This document shows, one piece after another, positions 9,103-18,325 of a DNA stretch of 32,000 nt (within the stretch, counting starts at the first letter, position 1; each line of letters opens with the position of its first letter). This DNA comes from Pyrodictium abyssi (GTDB taxonomy: Archaea; Thermoproteota; Thermoprotei_A; Sulfolobales; Pyrodictiaceae): positions 1,890,001 to 1,922,000 of the forward strand of contig NZ_AP028907.1 in NCBI RefSeq assembly GCF_036323395.1, read 5' to 3'. The position numbers were made by a program, and so were the translations under genes. Below the pieces are notes generated by a model. It made no database searches and was not told the DNA's origin. It worked only from the letters and a program-made list of their open reading frames with translations.

Positions 9103-9463
9103 GGCTCCGCGCGGGTAGGGCTGGGGGCTCGCCCTCCCCCGAGCCCCGAAATGGGCGTAATGCGGGGGCCAGTAACCCGCACGCTGGCCACGGTGGCCCG
9201 CGGCAGACCCGGCCGACCAATGACCCCCGTCCCGCGGGGCCGGCGGCGGCGGAGCCCCCTCCGGAGGGAGGGAGGCTACCGCCCTTACCGGGGGAAACAG
9301 GCCAGGCCCGGAAGGGAGCAACCTAACCCCGGACGCCCGGCGTTCGCGGGGGCGCGGGGTGAGGCAACGGCCGGGCCCCCTGCCGCGGCGCCGCCGCGGC
9401 TGGCGTGCGGGGGCCGCGCGGGCCCTCGGCACACCCATAGAACCACCGGGTTCTCGGGAGCCC
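9103..9463 (+). ncRNA. ffs: Archaeal signal recognition particle RNA (7S RNA)
   Basis: Contains the universal S-domain core GGCCAGGCCCGGAAGGGAGCAACC (about 9301-9324). An Alu-domain-like 5' part has GGGGCTCG...CGAGCCCC and CCAGTAAC. Terminal helix GGGCTCC (9103-9109) pairs with GGAGCCC (9457-9463). Ends are approximate. Confidence 0.9.
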
Positions 9464-9556
9464 CTGCCACCTCGGCCAGTCAACGGTAACTGCATCTAGC
9501 CGGCGCAGATACGCTATGAGGAAATAAGAGGAGGCGCGCCTAGTTCCTATGGCTTG

Positions 9557-9642
9557 GCCCGGGTATCGCCCGGGCGACTGCGCCGCGTAGCGGCGCCTGG
9601 GGGATGACCCCGGGTATCCGTTCCAGGCCCCGCAGACGGGGC
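9557..9642. ncRNA. Candidate structured RNA: run of perfect GC-rich hairpins
   Basis: GCCCGGG-TATCG-CCCGGGC (9557-9575), GCGCCG-CGTAG-CGGCGC (9580-9596), GGGG-ATGA-CCCC (9600-9611), GCCCCG-CAGA-CGGGGC (9627-9642). No convincing ORF. Confidence 0.35.
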
Positions 9643-9742
9643 ACAGCTCTATACCGTGTCCTTAGAACCCGCTGTAGACAATAACTCCTGGATAGGAATG
9701 CCGGTGGCCATGTGTTCTTGCCCTGGTTGGTATCCGTGCCGC

Positions 9743-10267
9743 TTACTCGGTGACCGCCACGTACTCTGGTAGCCAGGTCAGGAGCTCCTCTATTACCTGG
9801 TCTGGGTCACTTATCTCCTCGACTTCCTCCTCCTCGCCGGATATTATGCCCTGGAGCGCGTGCAGTATAGCAGACAGTGTTAGCGTGTAGGACTCCTTCA
9901 TTAGGCGTGAGAGCTTGTTGGCTGCATCCGCGACGCGCTTCCACGCATCCTCGGCTTCGAGGGCTACGCAGAAGTCGTCTGGCTCCTCGGTGCCGAAGTG
10001 GCACGCTAGGTACAGCTTCTCGGTTATCTTGACGCCTACTATGCGTGAGCCCCTGTACTCCTCGCTGTCTACTACCGCGTGGCCTAGGCCCTTCTCTACT
10101 ATCTCGCGTAGTGGCAGCTTCGAGAGGGGCGGGCCCTGGATACTTCCACGCAGCTTTATACCCCGTAGCGGCTCGAGCACGTTGTAGACGTCGTCGTACT
10201 TGACTGATACCTGCATGGACAACGAGGTCTCCCCCATGGTTTTACATTTCTGTCCTCTTTCCGGCAC
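9743..10267 (-). CDS. Conserved-looking hypothetical protein
   Basis: Up to 174 aa, acidic C-terminus; likely start at ATG 10237 or 10216. No family recognised. Confidence 0.65.
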   Translation of the reverse strand: MPERGQKCKTMGETSLSMQVSVKYDDVYNVLEPLRGIKLRGSIQGPPLSKLPLREIVEKGLGHAVVDSEEYRGSRIVGVKITEKLYLACHFGTEEPDDFCVALEAEDAWKRVADAANKLSRLMKESYTLTLSAILHALQGIISGEEEEVEEISDPDQVIEELLTWLPEYVAVTE

Positions 10268-10303
10268 CAGGAGTGTCTAGAGCCTAGGATACACGGATTT
10301 ATA

Positions 10304-11608
10304 CTATAGCTTAGCCAGCTTGGCTATGAAGAAGCCCTGCGTCGCGTGCAGGTGTGGTAGTAGGCGCTGGCTCCGGGGTAGGCGGCGTGGCTTCTCACCC
10401 AGCACTGGCTCTGGCTCCGCGAGCTCGACGTCGCTGTGGCGTTCAAGCAGCCTTCTTATGACCCATATTGTCTCGCTACGCGTTAGGGTACAGACACTGT
10501 ACACTATGGTGCTGCCGGGCGGCGCTGCCTCGACCACTGCTGAGGCTATGCGGAGCTGGAGCCTGCGGAAGTAGTGTATGTCCCCACGTGTGAGCCAGAG
10601 CTTTACCTCCGGCTCGTACTGGAGCCGGCCCACGTCGCTGCAAGGCGGGTCTACGACTGCTACGCCAAACCCGCGTAGATACGGCTGCCGCGCATCCCCG
10701 GCTACGAGGTCGACCAGGTGGCCGACGGCCAGCCGGCCTAGCGTCCTCTTGGCCTCTCCTATGCGCTCGGGCTTGACATCGCCTGCTACCACGTAGCGGG
10801 CCCCGAGCCAGGCCATGTGGCTCGCCTTCACCGCAGCGCCAGCCGTAGGGTCTACCGCTATCCTGCCCTGGGGCCGGGCGACCCAGGAGACCAGCGCCGA
10901 GGCCTTATCCTGTAGTATGTAGAGGCCCTTCTGGTACTCCTCCGTGCGAGTCGCCTTCGAGTCGCCCGACACTATGCGAGCCATGTCTGGCAGGTCTCTG
11001 TCGGGCTCTATCTCGACCCCTTGGCCCTGGAGCCTCTCCCGGAGCCACTCGATGTCCACTCCGGGCTTCACGCGTATCCAGCGCACGGGGTCCCTGTTCA
11101 GCGCTTCTAGTAGCCTGGGTAGCTCTGGTATCTCTGCCTCCAGGAGCTCCTCTACCATCCAGCGGGGGAAGCTGTAGAGCACACTGAGCTTCTCGACCCC
11201 GCCGAGGCCGCGCACGAACTCCCGCGGCTCGGCGCCCCTCAGCTCGAGTATCTTGTCGGCGTCTAGCCCGGCCTTGGGGGCTAGCTTCCGCGCTCTACTG
11301 GGCTTCAGCTTGCCGCTAACCGCTTCGTAGGCTAGCGTCCTGGCGAGCATCCAGCGCGTAGAGTGGCTCGGAGGCCCATACCCCAGCCTCTCAAGGACCT
11401 TGTCGAGGAGCATGTAGTTGCGCGCCACGCCGAGGGTAAGTACTCTCACTATTGGCTTCATATAGTCTAGCTCTGGGTTCTGGGCAAAGAACCTCGCCGC
11501 CGTGTCGCGTAGCGAGGCGCGGCGACGTACGGTCTCTGAGAGTATTCTTGCCGCAACCTCCTCTGGAAGCACCATGGGTAGCCACCGGAGGCTCTTAGGC
11601 GCCGCCAC
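10304..11608 (-). CDS. NOL1/NOP2/Sun family m5C RNA methyltransferase
   Basis: AVDPTAGAAVKASHMAWL, VAVVDPPCSDVG (catalytic PCS), VYSVCTLTRSE (TC Cys motif). Confidence 0.9.
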   Translation of the reverse strand: MAAPKSLRWLPMVLPEEVAARILSETVRRRASLRDTAARFFAQNPELDYMKPIVRVLTLGVARNYMLLDKVLERLGYGPPSHSTRWMLARTLAYEAVSGKLKPSRARKLAPKAGLDADKILELRGAEPREFVRGLGGVEKLSVLYSFPRWMVEELLEAEIPELPRLLEALNRDPVRWIRVKPGVDIEWLRERLQGQGVEIEPDRDLPDMARIVSGDSKATRTEEYQKGLYILQDKASALVSWVARPQGRIAVDPTAGAAVKASHMAWLGARYVVAGDVKPERIGEAKRTLGRLAVGHLVDLVAGDARQPYLRGFGVAVVDPPCSDVGRLQYEPEVKLWLTRGDIHYFRRLQLRIASAVVEAAPPGSTIVYSVCTLTRSETIWVIRRLLERHSDVELAEPEPVLGEKPRRLPRSQRLLPHLHATQGFFIAKLAKL

Positions 11609-11731
11609 CGCCTCGTGCCGGTGGGAGCCCTGCTAGTAACACTCATAAGCAGGGCCCGGCCAGTATATCATAAAAGACTATCCACGTGGCTGCACGCTGC
11701 TACCCTCCGCTGCATGGAGGCGTGATAGGCA

Positions 11732-12082
11732 ATGGCTGCTACAAGGCTACAGCAGGGCGGCAAGCGGCTGGCCTGGGCCCTCCTGGCCCTTGTAGGCTAC
11801 ATACTGAGCCCGCTTTCGTGGTGGAACGATGTCTTCGTGAACGTACCAATAGCCCTCGCCGTCGCATGGCTGCTCGACACGCTGCTCGGCGTTAACCGGG
11901 CTGTGGGCTTCTACATAGGCTACATGGCTTCTAACATACTGGGCCTTTACTTGCTGGCTCTCGGCGTTAGCGGGGCAGTAGCCAAGCGTGTTGACCGCCA
12001 GACACTGGCCAAGATAGCGATTATGGGGGCTATCTACACGTTAGCCGCCACGATCGTCCTCGGCAGGCTCGGCCTTCTCTAG
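11732..12082 (+). CDS. Small hypothetical membrane protein
   Basis: 116 aa with several hydrophobic segments (LAWALLALVGYIL, VNVPIALAVAWLLDTLL, ASNILGLYLLALGV, IAIMGAIYTLAATIVLG). ATG follows GGAGGCGTGATAGGCA. Confidence 0.65.
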   Translation: MAATRLQQGGKRLAWALLALVGYILSPLSWWNDVFVNVPIALAVAWLLDTLLGVNRAVGFYIGYMASNILGLYLLALGVSGAVAKRVDRQTLAKIAIMGAIYTLAATIVLGRLGLL

Positions 12083-12883
12083 AGCCAGCTCCATAGCCCG
12101 CCTGGCTACGGGCTGTAGCTCGAGAAGCGGTAGCGCCTTCCGCACATCGCGCAGGTAGTCCTTGTCGACCACCGCCTCGACATAGGCCTCCCGTGCCCCC
12201 GCGTCGACGGCGACGAAGCCCATAGGGTCCACCAGCATGCTCCGTCCCACGAAGTCGGGGCCCGCCATCGAGGCAACAGCCAGGTAGACAGTGTTCTCTG
12301 AAGCCCTAGCCTGCGCTAGGAAGCGGAGCTGCTCCTCCTTACCCGGCCCCCGGTACCAGGCAGCCGGCACCAAGACCAGCTCAGCGCCCTGGAGGGCGAG
12401 GCCCCGAGCCATCTCGGGGAACCGTAGCTCGAAACACACGATAGCGCCCACACGGAGCCCCGCCGCCTCAACCAGCCTAGGCGGGTCACCGCCGCGGCAC
12501 AGTACATCCGACTCCCGGTAGCCCAGGGCATCGAAGAGCATAACCTTCCGGTAGACAGCCTCTACGCCGCCACTAGGCCGCGCCATAACCACAGAGCTGT
12601 AGATGCAATCGCCACTCTTCTCGAGGAAGCCCGAAAACACATAGACACCGTACTCCGCCGCAGCCCACTCTAGGGCTCCTGCGAAGACGCTCTCCTCTAT
12701 GCTCTCCGCTCTCCCCCGTAGCTCTCCCGTTGGGATGCCCGCCGGGTAGACGTTAGCATACTCGGGGAGCAGGACAACATCCGCCTCGACGTTCATACCA
12801 CCAAGCAGCTCCTTGACGCGCGCACTGCTTTCCCTGGGGCTACGGCCTGGCGTATACTGGAGAATGCCGACCCTAACCCGCAA
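12041..12883 (-). CDS. Carbon-nitrogen hydrolase (nitrilase superfamily)
   Basis: VGILQYTPG, VVLLPEYANVYPAG (Glu), YRKVMLFDALGYRES (Lys), GAIVCFELRFPEMARGLALQGAELVLVPAAW (Cys). Likely TTG start at 12883; ORF opens at 12919. Confidence 0.88.
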   Translation of the reverse strand: MRVRVGILQYTPGRSPRESSARVKELLGGMNVEADVVLLPEYANVYPAGIPTGELRGRAESIEESVFAGALEWAAAEYGVYVFSGFLEKSGDCIYSSVVMARPSGGVEAVYRKVMLFDALGYRESDVLCRGGDPPRLVEAAGLRVGAIVCFELRFPEMARGLALQGAELVLVPAAWYRGPGKEEQLRFLAQARASENTVYLAVASMAGPDFVGRSMLVDPMGFVAVDAGAREAYVEAVVDKDYLRDVRKALPLLELQPVARRAMELALEKAEPAEDDRGG

Positions 12884-13226
12884 TGTAGCCCACCAGCACG
12901 TCTCTGTTGACACGGCCACGGCTAGGCACAGGCTATAACGCTCACCTAGAGCCGTTTCTCCGCCACGATTCCTCCAGGCCGGAAGCCTTGTAGAGGTAAC
13001 AGTTCACACCAGATTATGGAGGCGCCTAGGGGGCTAATCTCGGTATACAAGAGGAGACTACTATATGTAGCCTGGCCGAGGCTATCCTGGCTCCGGGGGC
13101 ACATACATTGATGATAAGCCCGGGGAGTGGGTAAACGGCTCCAGGTCTCCCTGTGACGGGTTTCTCCTCGCCTTTTGGGGTACACCGCTCGACATAGGCA
13201 AGGAGATACTAGAGGACGCTGGAGAG

Positions 13227-13847
13227 GTGGATCTGGGAGGGGTACCTGTTCTCCGGAGCATAAAAGGCGTATACAGGGGCAAGACTATCTGTATCGTACA
13301 GCTCTACTTCGGCGCACCAGCCTCAGCCATGGCGCTAGAACTGCTAATAGCCATGGGCGCCAAGTGGTTCGTAGTCTACGGCGCCGCCGGCGCGGTGCAT
13401 CCGAGCGTAAGGGTGTACGACATAGTAGTGCCAACATGGGGCATAAGAGAGGAGGGAACCAGCTACCACTACTTACCCCCATGCGCGGTGCCAAAGCCGG
13501 GCCAGAGAATAACCAGGATCCTGCAACACGAGCTGCGCCGCGCAGCCGAGCAGCTGGGAGTAAAGCTACACACAGGCGGTGTATGGACTACTGATGCTAT
13601 CTTCCGTGAAACCCGGGACAAGGTCCAGAAGTACAGCGCCATGGGGGCCCTAGCAGTCGACATGGAGAGCACAGCGCTAATGACCATAGCCATGTACAGG
13701 AGGGTCGAGCTAGCCGTGGCACTCGTCATAACAGATGAGCTACATAGAGAAGAATGGCACACAAAGTGGAACGTACACGGAGACAGGGAGAGAAGAATAG
13801 AAAGAGAAGTAGTGGCAGCAGCTATAAGAGCCCTATCAGAAGCCTAG
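13227..13847 (+). CDS. Nucleoside phosphorylase (uridine/purine phosphorylase family); true N-terminus probably further upstream
   Basis: VYGAAGAVHPSVRVYDIVVPT, ALAVDMESTALMTIA, VALVITDE. The same frame stays open and coding-like back to 13071. Confidence 0.82.
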   Translation: MDLGGVPVLRSIKGVYRGKTICIVQLYFGAPASAMALELLIAMGAKWFVVYGAAGAVHPSVRVYDIVVPTWGIREEGTSYHYLPPCAVPKPGQRITRILQHELRRAAEQLGVKLHTGGVWTTDAIFRETRDKVQKYSAMGALAVDMESTALMTIAMYRRVELAVALVITDELHREEWHTKWNVHGDRERRIEREVVAAAIRALSEA

Positions 13848-14144
13848 GCCTACTCCACTCTGCATTGCATTATACTTAGGGGCCGGAGCCACAGCAGCCC
13901 ACCTAACCTATCCAACGCTTAGACCGGATACCACAGGACCACACGCCACGCACTATCAGCAAAGTCCCGCAGGAGATACCGTGCCAAACCGCTGTTTAGG
14001 AGCCCACGCATGCTGCTGGTCTCGACGGCCCGCGCCAGAGACGAAGATAGCCTGGGGCGCCTGTTAGAGCTGAAGGTGTCTGCGCCCTGCCGCCTTAAGC
14101 CTCAGGTGGCGGCTAGGGTAAGGAACTAGCGGTGAGAACGCTCG

Positions 14145-14471
14145 ATGGTAGACCTCATAACATGCGACAGACGCGTCACATGGCTTACCAGCGTCGATAG
14201 GATAGTCGAAGACCTCTCTGAAGGCCTCAAGGCGAGGGACTGCAGGGTCGAATGGACTGATGGAACACTTGTGGCGTCTTGTAGGGGATGCCTCCTCCGG
14301 GTACGTGTATGGAGCGAGGACGCGTCAGAGATGCTTAGGGCGCTAGGCGTGCTCGCTGAGGAGGCAGTGAAGCGTGGCTGGGGAGCTGTTGGAATAGAGG
14401 TGAGGATCTCCAGGGGCTGCGACTGGCTCTGCAAAACCGTGTACATACTGCTTATGAAGGGAGGAGGCTAG
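14145..14471 (+). CDS. Hypothetical protein
   Basis: 108 aa, Cys-containing, no family recognised; precedes tRNA-Arg on the opposite strand. Confidence 0.5.
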   Translation: MVDLITCDRRVTWLTSVDRIVEDLSEGLKARDCRVEWTDGTLVASCRGCLLRVRVWSEDASEMLRALGVLAEEAVKRGWGAVGIEVRISRGCDWLCKTVYILLMKGGG

Positions 14472-14526
14472 TATGCCGGCAGCAACCGCGTCGAAACAAG
14501 GACTCAGTGTAATCGTGAAGTTGTGG

Positions 14527-14601
<75 letters not shown>

Positions 14602-14695
14602 AGCCACCCCTCTGGCGGGCTGGAGTGGATCCCTCCGGGTGTACTGTGCCGGTGTCTGGTGGGGTTCTATTACTCCTTTGCTCTGGCCGGGGGTG

Positions 14696-15472
14696 CTACT
14701 GCTGGCTCTTCTTCTCTGCTGCTTTTGCGAGTGCTTCGGCTAGCTCTAGGAGTTTTGCTTCGGGGTCCTTGGCTTTCATGACTGCTGATGCTACTAGGAC
14801 GCCGTTGGCGCCGAGCTTTATGGCTGTGGCTGCGTCTTCTCCGGTTGTTATGCCTGCTCCTGCTAGTATGGGTACGTCTGGGTTCACCATGCGTACTAGC
14901 TGTATGGTTGATGTTATGACCTCGGGCTTGGCTTTGGAGACTGGTACGCCGGTGCCTATGAGCTCTGGGGGCTCTACGGCTATCATCGTGGGGGATAGTA
15001 TTGCCGCTGCTGCTGCTGCTGTGGGTGTGTCTGCGCAGACGAGTGTCTCGAGGCCTAGCTGGGTGGCGCGCCGGACTATTGTGTCTATGTCGCTTAGCCT
15101 GATGCGGTGCTCGCTGTGGTTTAGTAGTGTACCCTTTGCGCCTGCTTCTTTCAACGCCTCTAGGGGGAGGTAGCCGGTGTGGGCGCCGGGCTCTACTGGG
15201 TCGGCATGCTGTGCGTAGACTAGTGCCTTGTCTGTTGACTCGCTTATTCGCACGATTTCTGTAGCCGGTACGGCTAGTATGAAGCGGATTATGCCGTCGT
15301 ACTCCTCTGCGAGCTTCTCAGCTGTGAGCGCTATTGCTAGCCCGGTTTCGCCGAAGGCTGTGGGGTAGGCCTTGTAGTTGACAGCTAGTACCGGTATACC
15401 CTTGTAGTCTCTCGTTGCCTCTGTACGGGATGTATAGTACGCGTGGAGCGATGAGAGTAGAACTGTGCCCAT
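14696..15472 (-). CDS. tpiA: Triosephosphate isomerase
   Basis: VLAVNYKAYPTAFGETGLAIA, ILAVPATEI, GTLLNHSEHR, VAVEPPELIGTG-like block, GAGITTGEDAATAIKLGANGVLVASAV. N-terminal extension before VLAVNYK makes the start uncertain. Confidence 0.95.
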   Translation of the reverse strand: MGTVLLSSLHAYYTSRTEATRDYKGIPVLAVNYKAYPTAFGETGLAIALTAEKLAEEYDGIIRFILAVPATEIVRISESTDKALVYAQHADPVEPGAHTGYLPLEALKEAGAKGTLLNHSEHRIRLSDIDTIVRRATQLGLETLVCADTPTAAAAAAILSPTMIAVEPPELIGTGVPVSKAKPEVITSTIQLVRMVNPDVPILAGAGITTGEDAATAIKLGANGVLVASAVMKAKDPEAKLLELAEALAKAAEKKSQQ

Positions 15473-15697
15473 GGCTTACACGCCCCGCAGGCCTTCCTTG
15501 CGTGCCGCGGGAGGCTGCGCTTTGGCCCTAGGCGCCTGGGCCGCCCTGCTGCTAGAATAAGGACGAAGGTTCTATTAATTAGGATCGTATCACTCAGGCA
15601 TGCGCAAGCCGGCGGGAATAACCTCTAGAACATGGGAGCTTGTGTAGGGTTCGTGCATCCTGCTTGCTCAGGGATGGGGTAAAAACAGGCGAGAGGG

Positions 15698-16855
15698 CTA
15701 CTCGTGGACCTCGCCCTGTGCCTTGGCCTGCCCGGCTTTGGCGTAGTCCTTGGCTTCTACGAAGCGGTTCTTGAGCTTCTCTAGTACCTGTGGCATAGTG
15801 GTGTACTCCATGTCCTCGGGGCTTAGCCTGTGTGGCATGAATGGGCCGTGGCGCCTCATGTAGTCGGCTATCTGCTGTGCTAGGCGGCGTGCCTCGTCGA
15901 ATGCTGGGTCGTCGAAGAGGTCTACTGGGCCTATGAGCCTGCCCTTGGTTATGTTGAAGCCTAGGGCTATTATCCTGGGTGGGCCGTCGAACCTGGTGCA
16001 CTTAGCGTCGCGTAGGCCTACGGGCATTAGTGGGCCCCAGTGGCTGCCTCTCATCCAGCCTGCTACGAGGTGCGGGAAGCTGAAGGGCTCTAGAATCTCG
16101 CCTAGGGCTGGGAACCCGCTCTGGGCGCGTACTATGGCTACCGGGTCGTCCTTGCCTACGTAGCGGCCTGCTATCAGGTTTAGCTTCTCGCTGCTTACTA
16201 CAGCTGCTATCTCATCGTCGCGCTTCCTGTATATCCTCTTTATGACGTAGCGGCTCGGCGTGCCTATGAGTGCCAGTAGATCATACATCTCCTCGGGAGC
16301 GTTCAGCACCACGTACTTGCCCTCGTAGAGGTCTAGCACCTCGAACTTGAAGCCGTCGTGCATCTTAGGGTCTATTACTAGGCCTGCTGTGTTGAAGGGA
16401 TCAGCGAATATCCTGAACAGGGGGAAGTTGAAAGCGCCTGGCTCGGTCTTGTCGGCCATGAATACTACTATCGGCTCGCTGGGCCTCTCTTCGAACTCCA
16501 TCTCGGCTACTCCTGGTCCTAGGCCGCGGACGTTGCCGGAGAACGCGTCGCTCAGGAGGTCCTGGCCGGCTGCATAGAGGCCTAGCTCCTTGGCAACCTC
16601 TGCCGCCTTCTTGAAGGCATCCCACGCTAGGCCATGTATGTCGGGGTTGTCAACGCCCTTACGATGAGTCATTATTAGCTCTAGGTCGTCGCCCACATGG
16701 GTTACGTAATAGTCTATGATTAGTCCCTTCCTCTTAGCCTCTGCTAGGACGCGGGCAGCAGCCGCCATAGTGTCTGGATGCACCTTGTGGTGGCCCGCGA
16801 TGCTGCCAATGTCAGCCTTTATTACACTAACTGTCACAAGTCTCTCGTTTGTCAT
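15698..16855 (-). CDS. fbp: Bifunctional fructose-1,6-bisphosphate aldolase/phosphatase
   Basis: VTVSVIKADIGSIAGHHKVHP, VTHVGDDLELIMTH, FMADKTEPGAFNFPLFRIFADPFNTAGLVIDP. ATG at 16855. Confidence 0.97.
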   Translation of the reverse strand: MTNERLVTVSVIKADIGSIAGHHKVHPDTMAAAARVLAEAKRKGLIIDYYVTHVGDDLELIMTHRKGVDNPDIHGLAWDAFKKAAEVAKELGLYAAGQDLLSDAFSGNVRGLGPGVAEMEFEERPSEPIVVFMADKTEPGAFNFPLFRIFADPFNTAGLVIDPKMHDGFKFEVLDLYEGKYVVLNAPEEMYDLLALIGTPSRYVIKRIYRKRDDEIAAVVSSEKLNLIAGRYVGKDDPVAIVRAQSGFPALGEILEPFSFPHLVAGWMRGSHWGPLMPVGLRDAKCTRFDGPPRIIALGFNITKGRLIGPVDLFDDPAFDEARRLAQQIADYMRRHGPFMPHRLSPEDMEYTTMPQVLEKLKNRFVEAKDYAKAGQAKAQGEVHE

Positions 16856-17707
16856 GGCCCCTAGCACCAGGTAGCCTATCGTGAGCCGGTTGTATAAGCC
16901 CCTTTCGTAGCGTGGGCGTATACACTGTCAGGGTTCCTGGCACCTAGCGCTAGGCTCCAGCCCGCCGACCTGCCAACCTAGCTACGACAAGATAGAGAGT
17001 CAAGAATTGAATAAAGAAGCTGTATAGGTAGTACGCATGAACAAATCTGCCCGCATCCTAGGTTCCTCTCTAGCTATATGCTACTAAGAAGAAGTACTTT
17101 AGTATATACTGCGTTGCAGAAATGAATGGAGTGGTTCTCTCGTAGACAGGCGATATGGTGCAAAGAGCACATCCCTGCTATAGCCTGTCAGGTGTGAATG
17201 ACGAATTATACCACGTGTAAGGGTAGCAAGCTGATTCATATATAGTGTTAACGTGTTTAGTATACAGGCTACGTTGTCTGTGAAGTTACCAGTAGGTTAG
17301 GCGATATGCGCCTCACCTCATTGGTAGTACAGGTGATAGCATGCCGGCTTGGCAGTGGACAGAACAGGATACTTGCAACGACAGTAACATAACGGGTACA
17401 CATAATAGATTACACTTACGCGGTGTAAAAACACTGTAAGATAAGCTATATACATAGAATCTATATAGTTATTAGATTTTGCTCAATTATGTGTGCGTTG
17501 GTTGATAGTGTTACCAGTACTAGAAGTAGTTGAATAAAACTGCTATGCCCTCTAATGCTGGTTGTAGAGCCCTGAGCAGCCTCGCATCATGGCTAGGAAT
17601 AGGTGATGTGAAGTGCGCCTACCGCTCTGCCCTTGAAGAGGATAGAACTGTTGGTGAGCGTGGTAAGCGCGGCTATGTGCCTGAGCTACGCTTGGCCCGG
17701 GGGTGCT

Positions 17708-18325
17708 CTATAGTTGTCCCCCTTGCTCGGCTAGCCTAATAGCGTGCTCCTTGCTGATGAGGCGAAGGTCTGTGCCGAGGGATGAAGCGAGCTCTTGTAG
17801 CGCGTAGAGGAGTAGTGGTAGTTCTCCCCAGACTCTCTTGCCCTCGAGCTTCTGGGCTAGGCGGGAGAGCCTCCTACCTATGTAGCGTGCTAGTGTCTTT
17901 AGCGCGTCTTCGACCTTAGTGGCTAGGTTTACGGCTTCTCTCCTAGCTAGCCTCTTTGACCCGGTTGTGTAGCCTTTCGGGGCGTAAAGGATGTACAGGA
18001 TGTCGGCGGAGTTGAAGACTCGGCCTCTGAGCCTGGTTACGTGGCTGCGGAGGCGCCGTATCCTGCGTAGTAGCTGGCTTGGTGAAACTGGTCGGCTTTC
18101 CTGTGTGCTTGTGTAGAGTGCCACTACTATGGGGTTGCTTGCAGGCAGGTGTAGTGTCAGGATTGTTATCGTGTAGTCTCTTGTCTGGTCGAGACGTGTC
18201 ACGCCAGCTAGTAGCGGGTTTACTATCCTCCATGCCGCGTAGTACCGTCTAGCCCCTCTCAACAGGGGGAGTAGTAGCTCGTTGAGTGTCGCTAGGCGTT
18301 GCTGGCGTCGCTGGACCGGGTGCAT
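17708..18325 (-). CDS. Orphan hypothetical protein, basic
   Basis: 205 aa, Arg/Leu-rich, no family recognised; lies beside an AT-rich desert. Confidence 0.5.
   Translation of the reverse strand: MHPVQRRQQRLATLNELLLPLLRGARRYYAAWRIVNPLLAGVTRLDQTRDYTITILTLHLPASNPIVVALYTSTQESRPVSPSQLLRRIRRLRSHVTRLRGRVFNSADILYILYAPKGYTTGSKRLARREAVNLATKVEDALKTLARYIGRRLSRLAQKLEGKRVWGELPLLLYALQELASSLGTDLRLISKEHAIRLAEQGGQL

Noticed and set aside
9055-9495. ORFs 9055-9495 (-), 8984-9220 (-), 9070-9489 (+) and 9285-9470 (-)
   Set aside because: Low-complexity Pro/Arg/Gly products overlapping the SRP RNA; high GC creates long spurious frames.
9550-9655. Minus-strand frame ELCPVCGAWNGYPGSSPRR with a CxxC motif
   Set aside because: No start codon after the in-frame TAA, no second Cys pair, and the stretch is better explained by GC-rich hairpins.
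12946-13594. ORFs 12946-13185 (-), 13082-13282 (-), 13175-13594 (+)
   Set aside because: No domain character; they overlap the nucleoside phosphorylase frame or its upstream extension.
17530-17739. 69-aa plus-strand ORF beside the AT-rich region
   Set aside because: Short, no domain features, and it overlaps the 3' end of the better-supported minus-strand orphan gene.
17760-17810. Possible C/D box sRNA (CTGATGA ... TCTG ... GATGAAG)
   Set aside because: No proper CUGA D box and no convincing terminal stem.
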